The notes beneath the pieces were generated by a model. The model was not told the origin of the DNA. It worked only from the letters and a program-made list of their open reading frames with translations, and did not search any database. From positions 186,001 to 250,000 of the IMG/VR virus record IMGVR_UViG_3300032236_001850: 64,000 nucleotides of DNA; one strand, given 5' to 3'. A program made the position numbers and the translations under genes. Within the stretch, counting starts at the first letter, position 1, and each line of letters opens with the position of its first letter. This document shows, in pieces, positions 21,574 through 31,139 of this stretch.

Positions 21574-21628
21574 AGGTTATACGTTATCAATTAAATTTTG
21601 ATATATATCTAAAAAATAATTATCAATA

Positions 21629-21838
21629 ATGGAAAACATAAAAAACTACTCAGATTTCCTATTCGAGGCAAAGGGGATAAGTCCAGCAATATATTCGGAT
21701 TTACATAAATACTTTGAAACATCGGGGAAACATACTTACGAGGGTGCAAAAGAATTTCTTAGTAAGACTAAAAAGAAATGGCATTTAACAGAGGAGGATT
21801 TTGTTGAAGCTGCAATAGAATTTAAAAATAAAAAATAA
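21629..21838 (+). CDS. small putative virion protein
   Basis: MENIKNYSDFLFEA; palindromic GATATATATC upstream. Confidence 0.7.
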   Translation: MENIKNYSDFLFEAKGISPAIYSDLHKYFETSGKHTYEGAKEFLSKTKKKWHLTEEDFVEAAIEFKNKK

Positions 21839-21844
21839 GCATAG

Positions 21845-22090
21845 ATGTCTACGGTACTAACAGCAAGATACAATAAGGAGGCAAGACACGTAAGAGAATT
21901 TAGTGTTAAAGGGTATAACCACGAAATTGTTGAGCTATTCCAGGAAACTCATGACGAATATAAAAATAAATGTGAATGTGAGGTCGAATATGAAAAGGAC
22001 GTTGCAACCATAAGAATAAGTATAAATGAATACTCTGAAATAGACCCGGAGCTATTCATAAAAAAACTAGATTCAAAAATCAAACATTAA
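21845..22090 (+). CDS. hypothetical protein
   Basis: Coupled ORF followed by a terminator. Confidence 0.7.
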   Translation: MSTVLTARYNKEARHVREFSVKGYNHEIVELFQETHDEYKNKCECEVEYEKDVATIRISINEYSEIDPELFIKKLDSKIKH

Positions 22091-22158
22091 AAATAAGGGA
22101 TTTATTCCCTTATTTTTTTATTCCGGGAATTTTGTTTAATCTTGCAAAAAATAAAAAC

Positions 22159-22716
22159 ATGGATCAAATAAAATTCGCAATTCTCACAACGCTGAAACTA
22201 ACAGTAATTTGTTTAGCAGTAACCATACTCTATTTAGCAATAGGTATATTTCTTGGTGAGAACTACTCCTACTATTTTGCAATAAATCCTTTTACTAGCG
22301 GATTGATACATTCTGGATTCAGTCATTTAGAATGGAACATATTTGGTATCTTTATTTCGTTGAATATGGCATGTAATAGGCATTACACAACGGAGAAAAT
22401 ATTTTGGATAACATCACTAATAGCAATCATATATCTTCCATTAATAATAATAGATTCAGAGTTTGCTTCTGTAGGGATATCAGGAACATGTTATTTTCTA
22501 CTGATCAGAGGTCTTGGATCACAAAGCAGAAAAGCAATAAAAATATTTTGCTATTTTTTACTCTCCAATATAATAATTAAGGAAGCTTTAGAGATTGGAA
22601 ACACTGATAAAATAGCACACTCAGTCCATTTTATAGGTTCAATACTTGGTTTAATTTCTCTCTATCCATACAGATTGAAATTTTTACATGATAAAATATA
22701 TGAAATAATAAGCTAG
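22159..22716 (+). CDS. rhomboid-family intramembrane serine protease
   Basis: H....H...N, GISG, AH..H..G...G; multiple TM segments. Confidence 0.8.
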   Translation: MDQIKFAILTTLKLTVICLAVTILYLAIGIFLGENYSYYFAINPFTSGLIHSGFSHLEWNIFGIFISLNMACNRHYTTEKIFWITSLIAIIYLPLIIIDSEFASVGISGTCYFLLIRGLGSQSRKAIKIFCYFLLSNIIIKEALEIGNTDKIAHSVHFIGSILGLISLYPYRLKFLHDKIYEIIS

Positions 22717-22770
22717 AATTTTTTTATTCCGAAATTATTTATTAATCTTGCATTGTAAAAATAAAACAAT

Positions 22771-23505
22771 ATGAAAAAATTATTATTATTTATTTTATTA
22801 CTATCAGCTCCGTGTATTGCTCAAGATAGTAAAAAGACATATTCGATAATATACACATCGGAATCTATGAATAAGTCATTTAGCAAGGCTTATAAAAAAT
22901 ACGCTGCTGAATATTTTTATCAAACAACCGGTAAAAAAAGAATCATAGAGAGAGATCCTGTATTGGATACAGTTGCAGCAGGAAGAAGTGAGTATTCTGT
23001 TTTGGTGTTTAAGGAATCATCAAAAAATACTTCATTTAGAAATTTATTGGATTATGTTCCACCTGGAGCAAGAGGTCATAAAAGACTCTATGATACACCA
23101 TCGGTGTTTAAAGAACCAAAAGGATGCATTTTTCCAGATAAGGATAATTTACCAATATTAAAAAGAAATAATCTTGATTGGAGTTCCGAGTTATTTGTGG
23201 AGGATGCATATTCATATAAAACACAGAATGGAAATGTTGATAATGCTGAGGTGATTGAGAAATATGTAAGATTCATGAGAAAAACAACTGCATCTTCAAG
23301 CGGTGACAGTTTTCTTGATAGTTATTTAAGTTCCACCGATCACAAAAATGCCATACATAAGTATGGCAATTGGAAATTCGGATGTAGCACCATGCTAATA
23401 ATTTCTAAACAATATCTTGAATCTAGCGGAATGTGGAAATATGATGTTTTTGTTTGTCACACCATAATTATATTGAAGAATTATACAGATTCTAATGTTT
23501 ATTAA
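22771..23505 (+). CDS. exported protein, possibly CAP-like
   Basis: Signal peptide; L...A..R and YL.S..H..AI. Confidence 0.45.
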   Translation: MKKLLLFILLLSAPCIAQDSKKTYSIIYTSESMNKSFSKAYKKYAAEYFYQTTGKKRIIERDPVLDTVAAGRSEYSVLVFKESSKNTSFRNLLDYVPPGARGHKRLYDTPSVFKEPKGCIFPDKDNLPILKRNNLDWSSELFVEDAYSYKTQNGNVDNAEVIEKYVRFMRKTTASSSGDSFLDSYLSSTDHKNAIHKYGNWKFGCSTMLIISKQYLESSGMWKYDVFVCHTIIILKNYTDSNVY

Positions 23506-23507
23506 TA

Positions 23508-24101
23508 TTATCTAAGTGAAATTAGATATTTAGTTTGATCTATTGATCCAAGTATTTCATCAATTATATTAAGTATTTCTGAGTCTTTTTCCTCATCGAA
23601 TAATTCTCTACAATCAACTCTATACCATTGGTAAAGCTCATTCATAAATTTGGATAAATCTCCACTCTTAGGATCAGCAAAATTGTACAATTTTATATTG
23701 AGATCTTCACCCACAAGTGTTGGTCTACCGTATTTACCCATTACCGTTTCCACTAAGGTGTCACCGTTATCAATCATTCTATTAAAAAGCTTATCCAGTG
23801 CCTTATGTTGACCATATAGCAAGCATTGCCAATGTAACAATTTAGTCTGTGAGATGTTTCTTAAAACTGTACTAACCATCTTGCCATATTTTGTTTCACC
23901 GTCACCAGATTCCTTTCCTTTAGCTATCACCGTTCTGAAATCCATACCTTTGTCAGGAATTGGGAGTGGTCTTGGTTCAGGAAAATCCTCGGCAGGAGGT
24001 AATGCTCTTTGAGGTTCATCAGCAATCTCTATATCTTGTTTGCTTCTTGGATCTTTGATAACATCCCCGAATGCACTAAGATTTAATACTCTTGGGTCCA
24101 T
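23508..24101 (-). CDS. ferritin/Dps-like four-helix protein
   Basis: LHWQ......HKALD...D.LVE..MGKYGR, NIIDEI. Confidence 0.7.
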   Translation of the reverse strand: MDPRVLNLSAFGDVIKDPRSKQDIEIADEPQRALPPAEDFPEPRPLPIPDKGMDFRTVIAKGKESGDGETKYGKMVSTVLRNISQTKLLHWQCLLYGQHKALDKLFNRMIDNGDTLVETVMGKYGRPTLVGEDLNIKLYNFADPKSGDLSKFMNELYQWYRVDCRELFDEEKDSEILNIIDEILGSIDQTKYLISLR

Positions 24102-24209
24102 ATAATTAGATTATTTTTACATTATATATCCAATTAACAAAATTCTTTATTGAATACAGAAACAAAAGATCAATATATAGCTTAAATAAAACAATAAATA
24201 TTTTTAACC

Positions 24210-24662
24210 ATGGAATGGAAAAGTCTAACTACGAAAAAGTCCATCGACCTATCTAGCTACTTAGCTGATTGGATGGCAAACAACCCTGAAGACAAGATCT
24301 ACATAGGGTGTGATTCGCAAAATCACAACGGCACTACGACATTCGCTACGGTTATTGTATTACATCAACCGAACAGGGGAGGACACGTGCTTTACAGCAA
24401 GATGACAATACCTAGAATACAAGCTAGGTACGAAAGGCTGTGGAAGGAAATCGAATTAAGTGCAGAAACAGCACACGAAATTATGGAGAATGCTGGGCAA
24501 ACTCCTGACTTCATTGATATCGACCTTAATCCAGATCCTAGACATCAATCTAATACGCTGTTAAGATCCGCTGTAGGTTTAATAGAGGGTATGGGTCTAA
24601 AGGCTAGATACAAGAGTGCATCTAACTGGTCCATCTCTATTGCAGATTCTATATGTAAATAG
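24210..24662 (+). CDS. RNase H-like YkuK/DUF458 family protein
   Basis: IYIGCDSQ, RLW.E...S, DIDLN, AD. Confidence 0.85.
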   Translation: MEWKSLTTKKSIDLSSYLADWMANNPEDKIYIGCDSQNHNGTTTFATVIVLHQPNRGGHVLYSKMTIPRIQARYERLWKEIELSAETAHEIMENAGQTPDFIDIDLNPDPRHQSNTLLRSAVGLIEGMGLKARYKSASNWSISIADSICK

Positions 24663-24748
24663 AAAAAATTCTGATAATTGAAACAAATTTCAAAATTTCG
24701 GTACAATTATTGATATATAAAATCTCTAAACATTAAAAAATTACAAAA

Positions 24749-24928
24749 ATGAAAAGGACATTATTCTTACTTGCAGTACTCTTCTCGCTGAGTCTAACAT
24801 CATGCAAACACGTAGATGCTAAAGCTTCTACTGATGCAGCAGTTGACACCACAGCAGTTGATACGACTAAAGTTGATTCTACAGCAGTAGACACAACAGC
24901 AGTTAAAGTAGACACAACAAAGGCATAA
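24749..24928 (+). CDS. small lipoprotein with VDTT repeats (not in ORF track)
   Basis: MKRTLFLLAVLFSLSLTSC lipobox; GATATATA upstream; terminator downstream. Confidence 0.75.
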   Translation: MKRTLFLLAVLFSLSLTSCKHVDAKASTDAAVDTTAVDTTKVDSTAVDTTAVKVDTTKA

Positions 24929-25059
24929 ATCAGAATAAGGTTTATATCTAAAGGGTCTAGTTTACTAGACCCTTTTTAATTTAAAAAAGATTCAAAAATA
25001 TTTTTTTATCTCGAAAACATTTCATATATTTGCAATGTAATTAAAAATAAAATAAAACT

Positions 25060-25133
25060 GGCCCCGTAGCTCAGCTGGATAGAGCATCAGATTTCTAATC
25101 TGAGGGTCGAAGGTTCGAATCCTTCCGGGGTCA
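25060..25133 (+). tRNA. tRNA-Arg(TCT)
   Basis: Full cloverleaf; loop TTTCTAA. Confidence 0.95.
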
Positions 25134-25147
25134 CTAAATTAAAAATT

Positions 25148-25243
25148 GGGTATAATTACTACAATGTCTGACATAATCAATTGGTAATCCTAGGGAGGAG
25201 TAAGTCTGTACCAGTAGTTTGGGTTCGAGTCCCAATATATCCA
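25148..25243 (+). ncRNA. tRNA-like RNA (acceptor stem and T arm, non-canonical core)
   Basis: GGGTATA/TATATCC-A, TTGGG-TTCGAGT-CCCAA. Confidence 0.55.
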
Positions 25244-25305
25244 CAAATAAACTAAAATGAAAAAACGATACGATATGCATTAGGTTTAATATAACCAAAT
25301 GCAAA

Positions 25306-25554
25306 ATGTCAAAAAACAGAAACAGAGCAAAGCTCAACAAGTGTTTAACTCCAAGAGAGTACAAATTAACATATCTAAAGCATGAATATGATTATTGCTT
25401 TACATGTTGCAAAAGAGCTGGAAGCTTTTATTATGATTGTTCTCCCATGTCAATGAAAAAGAAAGGGAGACACGGAAACGGTAAAATAATTTCTACATTT
25501 GATGCTAGATCTTATAGAACCTGGAAGCATACTAGAAGAACACAGTATAAATAA
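25306..25554 (+). CDS. basic Cys-containing protein
   Basis: C..CC motif; R.YRTWK..R..QYK. Confidence 0.6.
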   Translation: MSKNRNRAKLNKCLTPREYKLTYLKHEYDYCFTCCKRAGSFYYDCSPMSMKKKGRHGNGKIISTFDARSYRTWKHTRRTQYK

Positions 25555-25561
25555 TAACCCT

Positions 25562-25634
25562 GCCCGGGTGGTGGAATGGAAGACACGCTAGTTTTAGGCA
25601 CTAGATTTTGAGGGTTCGAGTCCCTCCTCGGGTA
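25562..25634 (+). tRNA. tRNA-Leu(TAG), short variable region
   Basis: Cloverleaf; loop TTTAGGC. Confidence 0.85.
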
Positions 25635-25841
25635 CAAAATACAAAAAAATGAAAGTAGATATAAATTACGTAAGCACAAAGCATTTTCCGATTAACAAGT
25701 TGGGATGGTGGGCATTTTACTTTAAGAGGTATACCTACATTAGAGGTTTTAATTTAAGAATATTTGGGATTCATTTCAACATAAGAGAAGCCCATGCAAC
25801 TGAAAAACTTTTGAATTTCAGTAAATAGTAAATCATAAAAT

Positions 25842-25920
25842 GCGTTTGTGGTGGAATGGTAGACACGCTAGTTTAAGGAGCTAGTGCTTAGGCGTGGGAG
25901 TTCGAGTCTCCCCAGACGTA
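25842..25920 (+). tRNA. tRNA-Leu(AAG)
   Basis: Cloverleaf; loop TTAAGGA. Confidence 0.85.
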
Positions 25921-25933
25921 CAAAACTATAAAA

Positions 25934-26203
25934 ATGCCAGAAGTACATATAATTGATAGCATTCAGGGTATGGGATGGAATAATCCAAATGAATCTTTAC
26001 CATCATTTGGTAAATATGTTTTAGTATTTGGGATCGACAACTCTATGTACGGAATTGAAAATTTCCACGTTTGTAGTATGGACGACCTAGAGGATGGCAT
26101 GGAATTTTTAGAAACCGGAAATTTTTACTGGTTAACTGAATCTGGTAAAAAGATAGATAGTGTTAGAGCATGGACACATCTTCCTGACTCACCAAATATA
26201 TAA
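25934..26203 (+). CDS. DUF551-like phage protein
   Basis: W......LP...VLV ... V.AW..LP..P. Confidence 0.6.
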   Translation: MPEVHIIDSIQGMGWNNPNESLPSFGKYVLVFGIDNSMYGIENFHVCSMDDLEDGMEFLETGNFYWLTESGKKIDSVRAWTHLPDSPNI

Positions 26204-26211
26204 ACACATCA

Positions 26212-26637
26212 ATGATCTCAATCTACTTAGACGACACTAGAACGCCATTAGAACACCCTTTAGGTAAAGAATGGATCACAGTAAGAGATTATGATCAATT
26301 CGTTGATTTGGTCTCTAAAACAGGCTTAAACAACGTAGAATTAATATCATTGGACCACGATCTTGGTCCATTAGCAGTAGATCATTTCTTCGGACACACT
26401 AGAGAAAATTACGAGATAATATACAAATGGATTCCGGAGAAAACAGGAATGTGTGTTGTTAAGTGGTTAATCAAACACGCGAGAGAAAACAATTTGGATC
26501 TTCCACAGTGTTATGTTCATAGTGCTAATCCAATAGGATCTGGCAATATGATGGGTTACATCAACATGTATCTCAAAGAAAGAAGAAAGGCTCAGAACTG
26601 CATAAGAGCCAAATGGAAGCACAACTACATAAAATAA
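26212..26637 (+). CDS. cyclic-phosphate-processing receiver-like domain protein
   Basis: YLDD.R.P, ISLDHDLG, TG, HSANP.G. Confidence 0.8.
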   Translation: MISIYLDDTRTPLEHPLGKEWITVRDYDQFVDLVSKTGLNNVELISLDHDLGPLAVDHFFGHTRENYEIIYKWIPEKTGMCVVKWLIKHARENNLDLPQCYVHSANPIGSGNMMGYINMYLKERRKAQNCIRAKWKHNYIK

Positions 26638-26662
26638 GAATGCGAATCCGGATATATAACGG

Positions 26663-27349
26663 ATGAAACATTTACAACTATTCGAAGAATTTACATATTC
26701 ACAAGAATCACTAAACGAGGATCTTCTTGCTGATATAATTGATAAAGCAAAAAAAGGTGTGGCTGCTGGAGCTCTAGTTGCTGCCCTATTAGGTTCACCC
26801 GATGTTAGTGCACAGGATAAAACTGCAATCCAACAAGCAAACCAAAAAACAGAAGCTCCACAGGAAGCCAATGGTGTTGGAGTTGGTATATCGCCAGACC
26901 TTTCATTTTCAAAGGACATCTCACTGACAAGAGCTATAGCTGATCTTGCAAAAAATTTACCAGATGGCACAACACTATCGTATGAGATGGTTGATCAAAA
27001 AACAGTTATGGAAGGTAAAAATTATAAGACAACAACAATTCTAAAGATATCAGCGGATGGTACCAAAGTGAGTCCAGCTCAATTGACAATCAAGAAAAAA
27101 TTGGTCGTTAGAGATGATGCTAGACTTAAAAGAGAATCCCACATGGAGGATGTTAATGCTGAACTTCTTGCAAGAGCTAAAAGATTTGGATTTGATACAG
27201 TTGAGGAATATATGGCTTGGCAAGAGGAAAGAAATAAAGGTAAGGACCAGCCATTAGATGGCTTGGAAGGACCAAATTTCTCACATGGAAAATGTGGTAT
27301 CTCTAAAGCAGGAGCAAAGGATGCTAAAAAGGAGTGGAGTAAAAAATAA
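26663..27349 (+). CDS. putative virion protein
   Basis: MKHLQLFEEF...LNE; GATATATA upstream. Confidence 0.7.
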   Translation: MKHLQLFEEFTYSQESLNEDLLADIIDKAKKGVAAGALVAALLGSPDVSAQDKTAIQQANQKTEAPQEANGVGVGISPDLSFSKDISLTRAIADLAKNLPDGTTLSYEMVDQKTVMEGKNYKTTTILKISADGTKVSPAQLTIKKKLVVRDDARLKRESHMEDVNAELLARAKRFGFDTVEEYMAWQEERNKGKDQPLDGLEGPNFSHGKCGISKAGAKDAKKEWSKK

Positions 27350-27353
27350 AGAT

Positions 27354-27599
27354 ATGAAACATATACAGAAATTTAATTCTACATTGCTCGAGGATGCAAT
27401 GAATAAAAATACTAACACTTCACTAAGAACCGTTTTGGTAACATATGAAGGAAAAGAAATGAAAGCCCTTGCGATAGGATACGGATCCGGACCATATTTC
27501 GTGGAAAAATACTATATTCTTGAGGATACCCCCTACGACACAACAGATTTTGATGATGTGAAAGAGATCAACCCGGAGGAAATAATTAAAAATATTTAA
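27354..27599 (+). CDS. putative virion protein
   Basis: MKHIQKFNSTLLE. Confidence 0.6.
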   Translation: MKHIQKFNSTLLEDAMNKNTNTSLRTVLVTYEGKEMKALAIGYGSGPYFVEKYYILEDTPYDTTDFDDVKEINPEEIIKNI

Positions 27600-27698
27600 A
27601 AAAATCAAAAATAATTTTTTTTATTCGAAACTTTTTCCTAAATTTGCATAAAATATTAAAATCAACTAGATATATAAATCTATAATTTAAAAAACTCA

Positions 27699-27827
27699 AT
27701 GAAAACAACTTTCAGAAATATTGTAAAACCGTTTATGCCGCAGAGCGTTGCACCCTTTAATCAGGTGGGCATTGCCAAATGGTATAATGGGTACAGCAAG
27801 GGATCTGGAGGTCACAATATAATTTAA
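27699..27827 (+). CDS. leader peptide 1 (42 aa; not in ORF track)
   Basis: MKTTFRNIVKPFMPQSVAPFNQVGIAKWYNGYSKGSGGHNII between promoter and terminator. Confidence 0.75.
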   Translation: MKTTFRNIVKPFMPQSVAPFNQVGIAKWYNGYSKGSGGHNII

Positions 27828-27897
27828 TGTAAAGCACTAGTCAAATAAGCATTAAATATTTTTACTCCAGATCCTAAAAGATCTGGAGTTTTTTTTT
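27801..27897 (+). terminator. attenuator 1: terminator 27864-27897 with antiterminator strand 27801-27810
   Basis: ACTCCAGATC/GATCTGGAGT plus T run; GGATCTGGAG is a perfect complement of CTCCAGATCC. Confidence 0.8.
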
Positions 27898-27918
27898 GAA
27901 TTAGAAACAATAAAAAAA

Positions 27919-27991
27919 CTGGGTGTGGCGCAGTTGATAGCGCGGTTGCTTTGGGAGCAACAGGTCGTCGGTTTGAGTCCGGCCACCCAGA
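27919..27991 (+). tRNA. tRNA-Pro(TGG)
   Basis: Cloverleaf; atypical D loop and T loop (TTTGAGT). Confidence 0.8.
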
Positions 27992-28071
27992 AATGATCAA
28001 AAAGGAATGCTTCCACGTAGCGATCATTGGTAACATCCGAAAGGATGGCTAGATTCCTTATTAATAGAATT

Positions 28072-28911
28072 ATGAAAGAAATAGATATAATATTAAAATC
28101 CGGTTCAATGGGGGATGCAAGTCTATCCATATATGGTTATTGCAACACTGTGACAACTAGAAAAATCAGAAAGATATTAAATGACAATAATGTATCGGAA
28201 GAAATTTTTATAAAAAATGATAGTAAAAGAAATATAATAACCAAAAAATGCCCGTCATGCGGAAATGAATTTAAAACTAGAGCTGATAAAAAGGAAAGAA
28301 CTTGTTGCAGTATAGCATGTGCAAATTCACATAAACCAAAAAGAATTAAGGACCCATATTTAGTAGGAAAAAAGTCGGAGATAAAAACAGTAAGGAAACA
28401 AATAATTAAAAAAATAGATAGAAAATGTCAACTCTGCGATTCTGACTATATAGGTTCAAAAAAATCTAAATTTTGTTCAGCTATATGTAGAAACCAGCAT
28501 CAATCGGAAACAATGAAATTGAATATTAAAAATGGGATATGCAAGGGTTGGCAATCAAGGAACATAGAGAGCTATCCCGAGAAATTTTTTAAGACTGTAT
28601 TATCAAATAATAACATAGATTTTATATTAAATCATCCAGTTTCAAAAAAATCATTAGGAGTCGATAGCAATGCATATTATTTTATCGATTTTTATATAGT
28701 AAAGGACGGAAAAAATATAGACCTAGAGATTGATGGCAAACAACATAAACTTTTAGATCGTAGAGATAGTGACACTGAAAGAGATATGCTTTTGAATAAT
28801 AATGGATATTTAGTATATAGAATCGAATGGAATGACATAAATTCAAAAGCTGGCAAAATAAGAATAGAAGAAAAAATAAATAACTTCTTAATATTCTATA
28901 ATAAATTATAA
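28072..28911 (+). CDS. free-standing endonuclease, DUF559/Vsr-like, with zinc fingers
   Basis: CxxC...CSxxC repeats; YFIDF, LEIDGKQH, D..RD..L...GY.V.RI.W. Confidence 0.8.
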   Translation: MKEIDIILKSGSMGDASLSIYGYCNTVTTRKIRKILNDNNVSEEIFIKNDSKRNIITKKCPSCGNEFKTRADKKERTCCSIACANSHKPKRIKDPYLVGKKSEIKTVRKQIIKKIDRKCQLCDSDYIGSKKSKFCSAICRNQHQSETMKLNIKNGICKGWQSRNIESYPEKFFKTVLSNNNIDFILNHPVSKKSLGVDSNAYYFIDFYIVKDGKNIDLEIDGKQHKLLDRRDSDTERDMLLNNNGYLVYRIEWNDINSKAGKIRIEEKINNFLIFYNKL

Positions 28912-28916
28912 ATGAA

Positions 28917-29144
28917 ATGGCAACAATAAAAGAAATCGTAAAAGACAACAAAGTTAGATTCTCACATCTAAAGAATGACATCGCTTATTACAATGTTTTT
29001 ATTGAAGGAGCGGATCACACATTTCCAGTTAGACTGAATGATATAGGTGAAGCAACTTTGTTAGCTGAAGATAATGCCATCTTCTTTATGAGATACATTA
29101 GAAAGGCTTTAGAGAACAACGAGTTCCATAAGGCATCTAGGTAA
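28917..29144 (+). CDS. hypothetical phage protein
   Basis: FPV...DIG.AT......AIFFMRYIRK. Confidence 0.75.
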   Translation: MATIKEIVKDNKVRFSHLKNDIAYYNVFIEGADHTFPVRLNDIGEATLLAEDNAIFFMRYIRKALENNEFHKASR

Positions 29145-29148
29145 ACAT

Positions 29149-29219
29149 ACGGGCTTGGTGCAATGGTAGCATACCGGTCTCCAAAACCGACGATGAAGGT
29201 TCGAATCCTTCAGTCCGTG
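29149..29219 (+). tRNA. tRNA-Trp(CCA)
   Basis: Cloverleaf; loop CTCCAAA. Confidence 0.93.
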
Positions 29220-29228
29220 CAAATTTAA

Positions 29229-29299
29229 TGGGATATGGTGTAACGGTAACACAACTGGTTTTGGTCCAGTTATTCCAGGTTCGAATCCTGGTATCCCAA
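29229..29299 (+). tRNA. tRNA-Gln(TTG)
   Basis: Cloverleaf; loop TTTTGGT. Confidence 0.93.
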
Positions 29300-29475
29300 C
29301 AAATAAAATTAAAAAATTATCAAAAAATATTTTTTTAATTCGAAAGCATTTCATACATTTGCGATGCAGATAAAGAAGGATCTTTGACATAATGGAAACT
29401 AAATCAATACGATAAAGTGGAAAAGTTTTAATAAACCAGACAGGTTTATTAAACAAAATGAGCTTTATCATTACT

Positions 29476-29549
29476 GACCTCGTAGCTCAGCTGGCTAGAG
29501 CACCTCACTTTTAATGAGGGAGTCATGGGTTCGAGTCCCATCGGGGTCA
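29476..29549 (+). tRNA. tRNA-Lys(TTT)
   Basis: Cloverleaf; loop CTTTTAA. Confidence 0.95.
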
Positions 29550-29554
29550 CAATA

Positions 29555-29632
29555 GGGATATTGGCACAGCGGCGACTGCACCTGACTGTAAATCAGGCAT
29601 ACCACACGGAGGTTCGAGTCCTCCATATCCCA
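29555..29632 (+). tRNA. tRNA-Tyr(GTA)
   Basis: Cloverleaf; loop CTGTAAA. Confidence 0.9.
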
Positions 29633-29728
29633 CTAAAAATAACCAAACCAAAATGAAAAAGATATTAGACTTTTTATTTGGCTATCTTCCTAAGAATGAT
29701 AGCAACAACATTCTAATGTAAAACAAAC

Positions 29729-29839
29729 GGAGTAAAAGGGCTGGGAAATGCCTGATAGGGTCTGCTTCAGATTCTAGATAGCAAGAGTAAGACTATTAGT
29801 GCTTATCCCAGATAGCGTGGTTCAATTCCAGCTACTCCA
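29729..29839 (+). ncRNA. tRNA-like RNA with a long helix replacing the D and anticodon arms
   Basis: GGAGTA/TACTCC-A; T loop TTCAATT; CTGGGA/TCCCAG; CTGATAG/CTATTAG. Confidence 0.6.
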
Positions 29840-29845
29840 CAACAT

Positions 29846-29919
29846 TCTTCTGTAGCTCCAACGGTCAGAGCGAAGGTTTGTTAAACCTGGGGTTGCTGGT
29901 TCGAATCCAGCCAGAAGAG
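29846..29919 (+). tRNA. tRNA-Asn(GTT)
   Basis: Cloverleaf; loop TTGTTAA; G73. Confidence 0.9.
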
Positions 29920-29930
29920 CAAATTAAAAA

Positions 29931-30003
29931 GGTGCGGTAGCTCAGTTGGTAGAGCACTAGACTGAAAATCTAGGTGTCGCCGGTTCGATCCCGGCCCGTA
30001 CCA
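29931..30003 (+). tRNA. tRNA-Phe(GAA)
   Basis: Cloverleaf; loop CTGAAAA. Confidence 0.95.
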
Positions 30004-30181
30004 CAAACAAAATAGCTATGTACACAAAAAAAGTTAAAGTTGTTATTTACTTCGATACAACATATGAAAGAGCAGAGTATATCTATGTTGACGAAGGAAC
30101 TTCCAAGGAAGATATAACTAAAATGATAAATGAAAAATTCGAGGATTGGTTCTGTTGGGATTCCTTTCCTGGATTATAAAA

Positions 30182-30253
30182 GGGTGGATAGCTCAGCGGT
30201 AGAGCAGCGCACTGTTAATGCGCTGGTCGTGGGTTCGAATCCCACTCTGCCCT
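30182..30253 (+). tRNA. tRNA with GTT (Asn) anticodon and U73
   Basis: Cloverleaf; loop CTGTTAA. Confidence 0.88.
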
Positions 30254-30256
30254 CTA

Positions 30257-30340
30257 GGGTGCCTGGTCAAGCCTCTTACTTCATTGTAACGTAACCAGTG
30301 GGTATAGAGCTAACACGTAATAGTTAGCTCGACGCTACCC
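30257..30340 (+). ncRNA. unidentified structured RNA
   Basis: GGGTG/TACCC closing stem, CTGGT/ACCAG, GAGCTAAC/GTTAGCTC. Confidence 0.45.
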
Positions 30341-30360
30341 AAAAATTTAAAATTATATTG

Positions 30361-31062
30361 ATGGAGGAATCAATTTGCGAAAAATGTTTAAAAGAGCATA
30401 ACGGTAAATATGGAAGCGGAAGATTCTGCTCTTCCTCGTGTTCCAGATCTTTTTCTAGCGTGAAAAATAGGAATGAAACAAACAGAAAAATATCAGAAAA
30501 ACTTAAAATCAATGGTAATGGGGGTATGGTTACGATTGATTGTATATACTGTAACAAAAAATTTACCACCAGAAGACGAGGAAACAGGAATCAAAGATAT
30601 TGCTCAAATTCGTGTTCATCCAGAGATATTTCGGATCTGTCCAGATTGAAAATTTCTGAAAAAATGAAAGTAATAAATAAAGGTGAAAAAAATCCAATGT
30701 TTGGAATATCACCAAAAAATACAAGTAGTGTACAAGCTATCTCTGATAAACACAACGGAGATCCTATATTTAATGTAAGATCCACATATGAAAGAGAATA
30801 TGTGAGATTGCTTAATGATAAAGATTCCGTTCTGTATTTCGTGTATGAGCCAAAAAAATATAGATGTGAATATGAGTTGGAAGGGGTTAGAAGAACCTAT
30901 CAACCTGATTTTTATGTTAAGGAGATTGATATTGAATATGTAACTGAGGTAAAAGCATTATGGCAATTAGAAACAAACGAAACATTAGCAAAGAAGGATG
31001 GATTCATTAGAAAATTCACAATACCATATAAAATATGGACAAAAGAAAACAAGCGGAAGTAG
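30361..31062 (+). CDS. free-standing PD-(D/E)XK (TnsA-like) endonuclease
   Basis: HNG.YGSGRFCS..C, NUMOD3-like GEKNPMFG, YQPDF...EVK. Confidence 0.8.
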   Translation: MEESICEKCLKEHNGKYGSGRFCSSSCSRSFSSVKNRNETNRKISEKLKINGNGGMVTIDCIYCNKKFTTRRRGNRNQRYCSNSCSSRDISDLSRLKISEKMKVINKGEKNPMFGISPKNTSSVQAISDKHNGDPIFNVRSTYEREYVRLLNDKDSVLYFVYEPKKYRCEYELEGVRRTYQPDFYVKEIDIEYVTEVKALWQLETNETLAKKDGFIRKFTIPYKIWTKENKRK

Positions 31063-31125
31063 CTCAATTGGTAGAGCTCCTGCCTTCCAAGCAGGGGGTT
31101 GCCGGATCGTACCCGGTCTTCCGCT
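31053..31125 (+). tRNA. tRNA-Gly(TCC)
   Basis: Cloverleaf; T loop ATCGTAC; overlaps the endonuclease stop codon. Confidence 0.9.
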
Positions 31126-31139
31126 CAAAAATTAAACAG

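Noticed and set aside
29729-29839. tRNA-Sec or tmRNA
   Set aside because: CTTCAGA is not in a proper anticodon arm; there is no G3:U70 pair and no room for a tag ORF.
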